Shown piece by piece: positions 42,501 through 49,177 of a stretch of 64,000 nt of DNA. Each line of letters starts with the position of its first letter. The stretch's first letter is position 1. The DNA is from Ostreococcus lucimarinus (Eukaryota). The notes under the pieces were generated by a model that saw only the letters and a program-made list of their open reading frames with translations, ran no database searches and was not told the DNA's origin. Both the position numbers and the translations under genes were made by a program. The DNA lies in the NCBI GenBank assembly GCA_000092065.1, contig CP000594.1, one strand, 5' to 3'.

Positions 42501-42996
42501 CACTTATGTCCAAGGGTACTCCGGTGGCCGTCATCGTAATGAGGGAGGAAATCCAAAACGGACTCCACGAGAATGTCGGGACATCGCTAAAAGCAAGGGT
42601 TTACCTGCCTGGGGATTTCGAACCGGCCGTCATAATGATCCTAACTGGCGGTTTACGTGCTTCTTTTATGAGCACGGATTTGGGAGATTTGCGGGTAATG
42701 ATGACACAATGCATATGACAGGATGCGTCGATATATCCCGAAAGACCGCAAATGGCTGCGCACTGAGCGCATCAGCCAGCGCGCGGTTGGGTTCTGAAGA
42801 CTTAGAGACTTACCCTCGCGCGATGGCGAGACCAAAGGCGAGACTGCTAGAATCAGACTGGTACTATATCTCTGTCTGCTGTGTTCTCGTCAGCCTAGCG
42901 TCTGTGGTAGCGTTCGTCGCATTTCGACGCTCGCGAACGTCGGGCAAACGCATTCTACTTGAACGAGTCTCAACGAACTACGGTGCCACAATTTAA
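36586..42996 (+). CDS. Large membrane-anchored lectin-like protein, 2,136 aa (beta/gamma-crystallin-like, tectonin-like, three ~105-aa repeats, F-type (fucolectin-like) lectin domain, C-terminal TM)
   Basis: Uninterrupted ORF whose first ATG is MSKKSDPLY.
- The F-type-lectin-like signature is HTNHASDPWWRLDMG...VELLNRNDCCSDRF.
- Tectonin-like units include HISVGPTGHVWAI, YVWGVTYSGYVYRH and HISIGPSGDVWAV.
- Crystallin-like Greek-key patterns include VTLYTQPNFHG and VVEVYEGRSFNG.
- TM segments are AIIHVLLTVVLASFL and VCCVLVSLASVVAFVAF. Confidence 0.85.
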   Translation: MSKKSDPLYVPVNTCEDDTVGLLRTIDEVQVDEGETNVTSPEDNNCDGGVRVVDMVGLIRNGLHARRCASRRRSTAIIHVLLTVVLASFLRSTLAFERTDGFQGELEDTAHEGPGASRSSVANETAALGCAWGIPCPPVAQAVVDVVSDPHGAAEDAANLAGDGLNSAVDAAAAGATFLYDQGTAAASAAAAAATELASAGFEFAKGAATSAYAMGCSAAAMAWNTATAVYDRMSDPEKFLSDMIDSFPTSLGDLKSLSGKALAVGGEAFVEMNANNPVGRQALAAVKKANEIGGKYGFENLQKFTAVGASLTNRVIPGGGIIFEAVDVVGETAQDAVDTAILIVESMLNALECKVSPVDVMEVIQKVVIEQISSWNAFAKMFEEKKGTDFFYKLDHVICNTLWTVAMPHADLMVTAIGVLLEKVQATCPGVIPADSKPAATLGLIFDASVKGGSMKGVSAEVGIGADIDGNKFCYFGSCAYAGISFGGYGADGTMLAGLSVWKSMDSVPGTSSTFAFAADITMPLLPSFDPGVTFVSNDAGLIGISVSKEIPGGDEPSGEFSVTKGRCVTPVCVKTDGNPCGEGQAAWSDVGSHATAAVEAIKTDECIVAGAGVIEQNGGISVSREIRLPASGVNLLADAEANPTGMKNFKPSSVRIPEGKFLLAFTGGDEAFKGSETVIRSYKSKLNNRLYSMTSFVVSDIAAEFHEEAPKSVGPEHAGSISKCKAMCAVKKHCCNTDESIGSNQYLSCLQACVVRVRGTDERTCNSYCASATTSRHINGYMYNLATSCADVVASEGKLCSTRYGSDRSTCLYGCSIGRDPEQSLAVVKSTGFYMQLPAAHVTPRSTNNLRDRTLSSVIVRAGFVVKLYAGRDLKGQYLTLGSSATLYGNHARFYSSLRGSFPNTKFAWANFNDRTRSIAILEAPVTLYTQPNFHGDHESKLEHAFDYTSLGPTVGDRHVNSIFLREGSVVEVYEGRSFNGRGMQFISSVSDVRRATESIGDLSRPTWQRVYGTASMVDAGREEVYSIHADDVANTKPVDNSGDWSDFLTLKWSHISVGPTGHVWAIRKPYGNAYHCMPHQTSCKTKWEYTRLTQLDAGSLYVWGVTYSGYVYRHLVNTHEGSWTRVNAPDTMKHISIGPSGDVWAVSTTNKVYFCVHPCTGSWRVIGASAPVKRLIFTVNNDKYMARVDLKTDGSINFNAGHKVAGWLSLSGITYATSGLNYLSLNSRYWEHYSGMNGYWSPAQYSCSNGLVSVTGLVKTKNHGWGQVIGTLPSGCRPTKALIFTTNNHDEQARVNVYADGTIKWGAGGKGHGWLSLSNIVFSTSGNALLPLSNGWAHYSGTSGYWSPAEYSCADGLVVLSGLVRGSNWGSTIGTLPPGCRPKQALIFTTNNSDKQARVNVSPGGVIKWSRGGKGHGWLSLSGIVFAMTGLQLMPLSNGWKYYNGARTSGYWAPAQVASVRGLTVAQGLIKGGGWGGTMAKITGGCGYMSDLMSLTKKNAGQHSTAHNGVASRPLTSTPNGRWGGGTCTHTNHASDPWWRLDMGTTRTLSSVELLNRNDCCSDRFIGLRVYISNHNSYVKDHPSNKQCGQTLGSPNTAWNIFDCGDAISGRYVYATLYGKAAPLTICGVRMFESNTMIKQLDVGKRYVYGTSTNGHLFKIRADGGEDNWSLVHRYSEFGGIDANYVSVSPHSEQSSFLWVTNQANEIYRQSIGIQISSMRVASAIVTAYKGVGFTGDSLPLTSGFYNFKTLEADSDAGFKLTNLRAFVRSIKSIRIHPDYEVELRGYNQARAVVTSSTMGVHDFHKLDTEGKEHEENIVGATRFPRPSGVSRKSTFMPIEATTLGTWIQTRTANVYVMSDLSATPSALIRYIAAYGDAEYCKMIMFHVRHGDEVSVVPEEAGYATFGIRDASSDKCQNRDGVLSLWRIKQTPRLARRATDAGYGIGKLKFSILGGWTGEIASMKVMRKLTYVQGYSGGRHRNEGGNPKRTPRECRDIAKSKGLPAWGFRTGRHNDPNWRFTCFFYEHGFGRFAGNDDTMHMTGCVDISRKTANGCALSASASARLGSEDLETYPRAMARPKARLLESDWYYISVCCVLVSLASVVAFVAFRRSRTSGKRILLERVSTNYGATI

Positions 42997-43110
42997 ACAA
43001 ATCATTTCAAACCATCCTATTATTGGCATTGTGGTAAGTACAATCGACCTCACGGAAAAGGCAGGCGGTACTGGCGTCGAAGAGTCGCGTGAGATTTCGC
43101 TTAAGATTTC

Positions 43111-43158
43111 GGCACCCTCGCTTAAGATCTCTTCAGAATCGAATCTCTGAACGCAAGG
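43111..43158. repeat. 48-bp 3'-flank module, second copy
   Basis: GGCACCCTCGCTTAAGATCTCTTCAGAATCGAATCTCTGAACGCAAGG, matching 14712-14759. Confidence 0.5.
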
Positions 43159-43578
43159 CGTGGATGTACATTAAACCATGAACGAGGCGGGACACGGTTC
43201 GATTTTTGGATTACAAGTGTAGGTCTACTTTTACGTTTCGTGGACTCCGCTCGAGTCGGCCGATGTCACCATGTCAGGTGTTTCGAGTGCACTAGAGACG
43301 TGACCGCCGATACACAGGACGTCGAGCTCGGCGTGCCTGATTTCACGACTCGGCGACCATGGTTTGAAACCGAAATGACCATCGGCTTCAGGCCCAGGCG
43401 CGGCCGCAATGCTACTTTAAACTTAATTTTTTTTTTTTGAAAAAAGAGTAGTAAGAGTAATAAAAATAAACTTTTTTTTTGTTTGAGTTGGGGCCCCCCC
43501 AACATGATAAAACCGCACATCGACGTTGATGTACCACATGTAAGATTTCTCCGGGAACCAATCGTGTGAGTGAAGTGG

Positions 43579-44075
43579 TCAAACCAAGCCACGCAACTCA
43601 TCGACCGTAAATTGATACTTGTCGAGACTGCGCTTCGAAGGCAGCGTGCCGCGCGCTCGAGCATTCTTGAGGCACGTCTTACGCAGTATCTTTTCGCGTG
43701 CTGCTTGTAATAATTGAGTTGTCTGTAGTTACCATCGCCGCCGTCCCGCTTCGGCGTATATTGAGCTCTGCTGTAGGCCGGACTCTCGTCCACGTTCTCG
43801 TGGCACGCCTGCTTCTGGCTGCGTCCAGTAGCTCGGGAGTTGAATAAGCCGTCACGCTTCTCTCTCATGTAGGCACTTTTACGTTGATGGAGCTCTCCAG
43901 CTGGAATGTCCTTTTCGAGAACTCTCACGTCCGCGTCGCCAAACGTGAAGATTGGATGCCGTGCGTATTTATGCGAGGCAAGGCGCGCTCTGATCGAACC
44001 TGTCGTCGATCCGATGTACGTTTTGTCACATTTCGCATTATCGCTATACATTTCGTACACGCATCCCGACGGCAT
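43579..44075 (-). pseudogene. GIY-YIG nuclease gene with a 1-bp deletion (frameshift after codon 129)
   Basis: 497 nt against 498 nt in copy A. GCAGTATCTTTTCG (~43689) replaces GCAGTATTCTTTTCG. The 269-aa track ORF (43266-44075) is read-through into the AT-rich terminal region. Confidence 0.8.
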
Positions 44076-44244
44076 TTGTCCTGGTTACCTATCTATCCCT
44101 AAGAAAATATTGTTGCCTCCTCCTGCGGTTTGCAGTCACATTCGAGAGACCATAGGTACTCGTGTCGCTGCGTGGGGTGCAAGGTCCGGGATGTAGATAT
44201 CGAACCGCCCGATTTCACACCTGGACGTTCGTGATCCGTCGAGA

Positions 44245-44435
44245 CCTGACGAAATGACGAACTTGTTTTGTCGTCCCGAAATTCGTCAGCCCGTCGTTCG
44301 GTCACACTTTGTGTGTACCAATGATGAAAATGACGAAATGTTAAAATATTTTAATGTTTATTTTTATTTTAGATCTATGACAAGCAACAGTGTAGACCTT
44401 TATGAAAACAGTTCGTCATTCGTCATTTCGTCAGG
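44245..44435. other. Iteron / inverted-repeat / AT-rich block, copy B
   Basis: Same block as 15927-16117. Confidence 0.4.
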
Positions 44436-44500
44436 ATCCAAACCATGGTCTTTTTGGTGTCTTGTTGAGTCTTCATATTGCAAATGTACGAATTACAAAA

Positions 44501-46711
44501 TTAGTATGAGCACCAGACGACCGCCGGCGCGAGCTCCGTCTCCCCCGTGTACCCATTGTTCTTCAGCCACTCGAAGCACCCGTCGCGGTCAATTTCCCAA
44601 TAAACGCCCTTCTCGTCCCTACCTTGCCTCAGGTGGTCCTCTTGCATTGGGACCCTGTGGCCCTTTTCCTTCTTGAAGAAGTCCTTGAGCTTATTACCGA
44701 CCTTCGTCGCGCTATCTTGACCGCGCGCAGCCGCTGGCAACCACGTCTGGTATTCGATGAAGATGTCACTGTTGCGGATTTTATTTCCAACCCACTTCTC
44801 AGGGAATTCAACAGTGACGCAATGCTCAAACCATCGAGTGAACTTGGGCATGCATCCACGCTTCATTTCCGAATACGCATCGGTCGTAGGTCTGTCTTTG
44901 ACGTAGTCAAAGGTCGATAGGTCGAGCCCCATGAGATGGTCGTAGATTGCCCTCAAGTTCCTCGGATCCCTGATGTAAACCTCGCGGAATTCCTTCAAGA
45001 ATCCAGTCTGGTCGTTCAAGTGCGTGAGCAGTGGCTCCATGACGACGAACCGACGATCACTCATTTCCAGAAAGACCGGGTAGTCGTCGTTCGAGAAAAA
45101 TAGGAACCCAACCAGATTCATGATGACGTACAGCTGCACGTGCTTCGGGTTGATTGTGAAACTCGTGTCCGTGAGCATCGACTTCAGCAACTTTCTATAC
45201 ATTTTCATGATGCACTCATCTGCTTCGTTCAACGCGAGGCACTTTTTGCCTTCAATCATGTTCGCATGCGTCCCAAATATGTCCTTTTTCGGATCAGCCG
45301 TCTCGTGAAACGTCTTGCCCATGAGCGCGTGAAGCAGGTGCAGGAAAGTGCCCTTGCCGGTACCTTGGACTCCTCGAAACACGAGCGACGTGATCGGCTT
45401 CTCTTCGGGTCTCTGGAAGAGACACGCGAACCAATTCGAAGCGTACTCGAGCGCATTTTCTGAACCGCCACATAGCACCAGGAGGAGCTCGAGGAAAGGC
45501 TTCACGTCGCCCTCTTTGCCCAGTTCACTGGGGATGCCTTCGACCGGGTAGCCTCGCCACAGATTGTACGTCTTGTTGCTGCAGTTTTTCGGGACGACGT
45601 CGAGGTTATCGTACACCCGTTTATTGTCGTCGTCGAGCCACTTTTCGATGAACCCGTTTTTCTTGCCTTTCCTCAAGACACCGTTCTCATCGACAAAGGA
45701 GAGCTCTCGATAGCGCCTCACCAAAGCGGCCTCGCTGTACTTGGTAATGTCCCCGGTGGTTCCATAACAGCTATCGTCGCAGAAGAGGTCCTTGGTTAAG
45801 ATCTTTGCGACGTGCTTCTCGAACTCACGGCGGACCTCGATGTAGCCCGCAGACGTGCCCTCTTTGATTTCGTTCTGCTCCTTTTCGGTGATACCGGTCA
45901 CCAAACACCCAACCTCAAAGCGAAACTGTCTGGGCTTGCAGTTGCCATGGTTTTTCACGGTGAGCACGCCGAGACCGACCTCGGCGACGTAAAAGTGATT
46001 CCCACCGCCCCTTCCATTGCCTTCGTGGAAGCCCCCACAGCAAGGACATTGGCCCACAGTGGTGCCTCGCTGTGGGCGACATTGGTCGCATTCAAAATCA
46101 TACGATGTCGCTCCACTGAGCCAATGTATGCCCGTGAACCCCATTTCCTCGAGCAAAGGTGTCACAGATGCTTGCGTAAAGCTGCACTCCGTGTCCGCGC
46201 GTTCGACCTTGTGACCGACTTTGCCATCAAGGAAACTGTACAAATCGTTGGGCATCGGTGGTAAATTGTTGATGTCGCCTCGGAGTAGCTCGTAGCCCGG
46301 GGCATCGGCACCGACCACGTAGTTACCCGTCGTACGGATATCGACGAACCCTTCGATGCCCACCGTGCCTTTCCAATCGCCGAATCGTTCTTCGTCCCAT
46401 GCGAAGTACGTGTGGTACCCGCCTGATCGCGTTTTGACGATATACGCGCCTTCCCCGCCGACCTTGCGCGTCAACATTTCTTCCGTGAGTTCAAACTCGC
46501 ACTTGCCACCGTAACAATCCCAGTCGATGACGAGGACACGGTTCGGTCGCCCTGTCAGCACGCCGTACATTTCTCCTGGGATGACTTTCTGCGTATTCCG
46601 TTCATAGTTTGCTTCATCGAGGAACCCCCTGCCGCATGTTGGCTCCTTGTCCTGGTCGAGTGGGATCAGATGCATGCCGTTCGTAAATTCTCTGGCGTCC
46701 ATATATATCAC
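44501..46711 (-). CDS. PrimPol (AEP primase) / Zn-ribbon / D5-like SF3 helicase fusion protein, 736 aa (copy B)
   Basis: Intact ATG ORF with all motifs as in 16183-18393 and 13 aa substitutions relative to copy A. Confidence 0.9.
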   Translation of the reverse strand: MIYMDAREFTNGMHLIPLDQDKEPTCGRGFLDEANYERNTQKVIPGEMYGVLTGRPNRVLVIDWDCYGGKCEFELTEEMLTRKVGGEGAYIVKTRSGGYHTYFAWDEERFGDWKGTVGIEGFVDIRTTGNYVVGADAPGYELLRGDINNLPPMPNDLYSFLDGKVGHKVERADTECSFTQASVTPLLEEMGFTGIHWLSGATSYDFECDQCRPQRGTTVGQCPCCGGFHEGNGRGGGNHFYVAEVGLGVLTVKNHGNCKPRQFRFEVGCLVTGITEKEQNEIKEGTSAGYIEVRREFEKHVAKILTKDLFCDDSCYGTTGDITKYSEAALVRRYRELSFVDENGVLRKGKKNGFIEKWLDDDNKRVYDNLDVVPKNCSNKTYNLWRGYPVEGIPSELGKEGDVKPFLELLLVLCGGSENALEYASNWFACLFQRPEEKPITSLVFRGVQGTGKGTFLHLLHALMGKTFHETADPKKDIFGTHANMIEGKKCLALNEADECIMKMYRKLLKSMLTDTSFTINPKHVQLYVIMNLVGFLFFSNDDYPVFLEMSDRRFVVMEPLLTHLNDQTGFLKEFREVYIRDPRNLRAIYDHLMGLDLSTFDYVKDRPTTDAYSEMKRGCMPKFTRWFEHCVTVEFPEKWVGNKIRNSDIFIEYQTWLPAAARGQDSATKVGNKLKDFFKKEKGHRVPMQEDHLRQGRDEKGVYWEIDRDGCFEWLKNNGYTGETELAPAVVWCSY

Positions 46712-47181
46712 ATAAGAAAAGAATTCTTTAAGCCGTGTTTTTCCTGGTCACATCGGCGCGATGACTGATTTTCAAGTTTTTCAACAGCCTGGAAAAGCAC
46801 GCCAGCACGCCCCACTGGTCAACATTTTGCCACTTTTTCGACGAGATCGGGGTACTGCAAAGCACACGGCGAAGACGGGTGGCCGATGATCCATGTGTCC
46901 GTGTCTTCTCTGATGATTCGCTCCCGTTCATGGCTCAAGTGGTCGCGCGACCTCGCGCGTGAACGAAGGTGCCAAATTTTAGGTACCAGAGGTGCCCATT
47001 TCTTCGTGGTGAGATGGTCCCTCGTGTACCACGCCGCTCCCCTTTAAGTATGAAAAGTTATGTCCAATATATTGCGCGCGATGTCCGATGGTACACCATA
47101 CAATTTCATAGTTAAGCCACACTTATTATATGACGACAGTGCCTACCTGTCGGTGGTCACGGAAAAGTTGCGTCTCAGACT

Positions 47182-47320
47182 GAGGATGGCGTGGCTCATG
47201 CGAGCTATATATACCTCATATATACATATATTAACACTTATAACACTATTAATGTACAATTGATTGGATGAGGTGCTCAGTCCACCCGCGCGAGGTCAAC
47301 AGCAGCAATTGTCTATGCAC
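47182..47320. repeat. Module R3, copy a (about 139 bp; includes the last codons and 3' flank of the metallothionein-like gene)
   Basis: GAGGATGGCGTGGCTCATGCGAGCTATATAT...TTGATTGGATGAGGTGCTCAGTCCACCCGCGCGAGGTCAACAGCAGCAATTGTCT recurs as a direct repeat at 48869-49007. Confidence 0.8.
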
Positions 47321-47643
47321 TTGGAGCATGAGTTTTTGCACTCGCACGACGGACACGCGCAGGAGGTGCATCCGCACGACTTACACGTGGTCGCATCGGG
47401 ACACGCGCATTTGTCGGGGCCACAAGCATCACAGTCTTTCGGGCAGCACGCCTTGTCCGTGGACTCAGATTGTACCGTCCGTGCTGCAACCCGCGTCGGG
47501 CGCGAGACGACGCGCACGGCGCGTGGCGCGGTTCTTGACAATACGAAATCTGGTATCTGCGTACTCTTTACCTTAACGGCGGAGACTTTGAGCATTGTTG
47601 CGTCGAGGAATGGGCCAAGGGTAAGTAACCTCGTGGTCGGCAC
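47296..47643 (-). CDS. Metallothionein-like Cys-rich protein with an N-terminal extension (115 aa, or 99 aa from M17)
   Basis: The C-terminal 52 aa contain 18 Cys in CxC/CxxC/CC arrangements (KACCPKDCDACGPDKCACPDATTCKSCGCTSCACPSCECKNSCSKCIDNCCC). The N-terminal 45-60 aa are S/T/R/V/A-rich, like a transit peptide. Confidence 0.6.
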   Translation of the reverse strand: MPTTRLLTLGPFLDATMLKVSAVKVKSTQIPDFVLSRTAPRAVRVVSRPTRVAARTVQSESTDKACCPKDCDACGPDKCACPDATTCKSCGCTSCACPSCECKNSCSKCIDNCCC

Positions 47644-47810
47644 GTGCCCGCCTTATACAATCGACGCCTGAAAAGGGAGACTGGATGAGATCGAGGGCAC
47701 CCCGTGAGCGATCACTCTTCGACGCGGAACTCGTTCCTGTAGACGGCCAGCCACCACTCGAACGACCATACGGCAGCACAAAAGTACATCCACAACGTGT
47801 ACGTATCGAA

Positions 47811-48542
47811 ATGGCTGCCTATACTCAAGCGACGTTAACAGCACCTTCGTCGTCGACAGCCGTAAGCAATTCGAAGATAAGACTACGCCGTTCACGAACA
47901 ACTACGCGCACACATTCTGATCCGTCCGAAAGTACGCCGTTGAGTGAAGAGGCGCAAATCATAGTTGATGCATCGGAGGCGTACCCAGCGCAGACAAGCG
48001 TGGATTATTCGTTCGCAAGGAGTGGGTTCAGTAACCAGTGTGAACGAGCACTCAACGAGCAAATCAATGTCGAGTACAATATTTCGTACGTCTATCACGC
48101 CATGTGGGCGTACTTCAATCGTGACAATATCGCATTGGCTGGCTTTGCTGAACACTTTCGAAAAGAGTCACTGGAGGAGCGTGCGCATGCGGAACAACTC
48201 ATGGAGTACATGAACTTACGAGGCGGCAAAGTTGAGCTCCAACAATTGTTACCACCACAGAGTGAATACGATCGCCCGGAGAAAGGATGCGCACTATTAG
48301 CCCTGGAGCTGAGTTTGAGTCTCGAAAAGTTGAATAAAGAGAAACTGTGTGAACTGCATCGCGTCGCTGAGGATGCAGGAGACGCACATATGTGCGATTT
48401 TATTGAAGGCGAGTTATTAGACTCGCAGGTTCAAAGTGTGCGACAGGTTAGCGAGATGGTCGCCACGCTATTACGCATGGGACCGCCAGCAGATGGTATG
48501 GCAACTTGGCACTTCGATCAAACCTTACTTGAGGTGGCATAG
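47811..48542 (+). CDS. Ferritin with an N-terminal targeting-like extension (243 aa)
   Basis: Ferritin-like four-helix signature: NEQINVEYNISYVYHAMWAYF...FRKESLEERAHAEQLMEYMNLRGG...ALELSLSLEKL...DAHMCDFIEGELLDSQV. The first ATG in the 285-aa track ORF is at 47811. Confidence 0.85.
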   Translation: MAAYTQATLTAPSSSTAVSNSKIRLRRSRTTTRTHSDPSESTPLSEEAQIIVDASEAYPAQTSVDYSFARSGFSNQCERALNEQINVEYNISYVYHAMWAYFNRDNIALAGFAEHFRKESLEERAHAEQLMEYMNLRGGKVELQQLLPPQSEYDRPEKGCALLALELSLSLEKLNKEKLCELHRVAEDAGDAHMCDFIEGELLDSQVQSVRQVSEMVATLLRMGPPADGMATWHFDQTLLEVA

Positions 48543-48651
48543 AAGCGGATTGTATCTCGTTGAGTCTAGTCACTTTCGTGTGCTCGTTTCGTTGGTTTCT
48601 GGTTACGAGTTCTTCCGTTGTTCTAAATATAACATATATTTAGACATATCC

Positions 48652-48779
48652 AAACCCTAGTACAATCACCCTAGGGTTTAGTCAAACTTTAATCAGTTTT
48701 ATCTAAATTAATTTTCATCTGTCGTCGCGAAAGATGAATCCTCGCGACAGAAAAACAGGTCTAAACCTTAAACCCTAAC
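48652..48779. repeat. Cluster of telomere-like AAACCCTA motifs in a convergent intergenic region
   Basis: AAACCCTAG at 48652, palindromic CCCTAGGGTTTA at 48669, and CTAAACCTTAAACCCTAAC at 48761-48779. Confidence 0.55.
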
Positions 48780-48790
48780 TTCGGTTGGGC

Positions 48791-48870
48791 TATATAGCAC
48801 TTTGGGCGGTTAAAACCGCGCCCAAAGCCCCATATATTGTCCCATGTTTCGGCCAAATCCCGCGCTTTGA
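48791..48870 (+). repeat. Intergenic module R2, copy b
   Basis: TATATAGCACTTTGGGCGGTTAAAACCGCGCCCAAAG...AATCCCGCGCTTTGA. Homologous to 36151-36230, with the hairpin retained through different stem bases. Confidence 0.6.
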
Positions 48871-49007
48871 GGATGGCGTGGCTCATGCGACCTATATATG
48901 CCTCATGCGTACATATATTAACATTTATAAGGGTATTAATACATAATTGATTGGATGGGGTGCTCAGTCCACCCGCGCGAGGTCAACAGCAGCAATTGTC
49001 TTTGCAC
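48869..49007. repeat. Module R3, copy b (retains only ...CKDNCCC-stop of a metallothionein-like 3' end)
   Basis: Direct repeat of 47182-47320. It lies in the 3' flank of the minus-strand gene 49178-50968. Confidence 0.8.
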
Positions 49008-49177
49008 TGATCAGTCCGTGTTTGACAAGGAGACGTTCGCGCGAAAGTGAGTGGAGTGAGATAAGCAAAATTGGGATTTTTTGTTATTTAAAATGACTTC
49101 TTTTATATCGACGATCTTGTCTCGATTATACGCTGACCTTCGCGGGTGCTTGTTGTACTTGTACGTACACGACCCAG

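Larger units (their letters stand above)
43389..47116 (-). mobile_element. PrimPol-helicase/GIY-YIG repeat family, copy B (longest contiguous copy; helicase intact, nuclease frameshifted)
   Basis: The left terminus is shared with fragment 2 (4335). The right side extends about 240 bp beyond copy A and ends at 47116, where similarity to fragment 1 stops. Flanks are unrelated to those of the other copies. Confidence 0.85.

Noticed and set aside
43266-44075. The 269-aa ORF taken as a longer GIY-YIG protein with a novel C-terminal domain.
   Set aside because: The extension arises from a 1-bp deletion relative to the other two copies and reads through the AT-rich terminal repeat (poly-L/F/K translation).
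46712-47059. Short ORFs in the helicase-upstream spacer (MTDFQVFQQPGKARQ..., MNGSESSEKTR...).
   Set aside because: Stops and frames differ among the three copies (a TGG/TAG difference, and different ends after about 40 codons), and there is no motif. A divergent promoter region is more likely.
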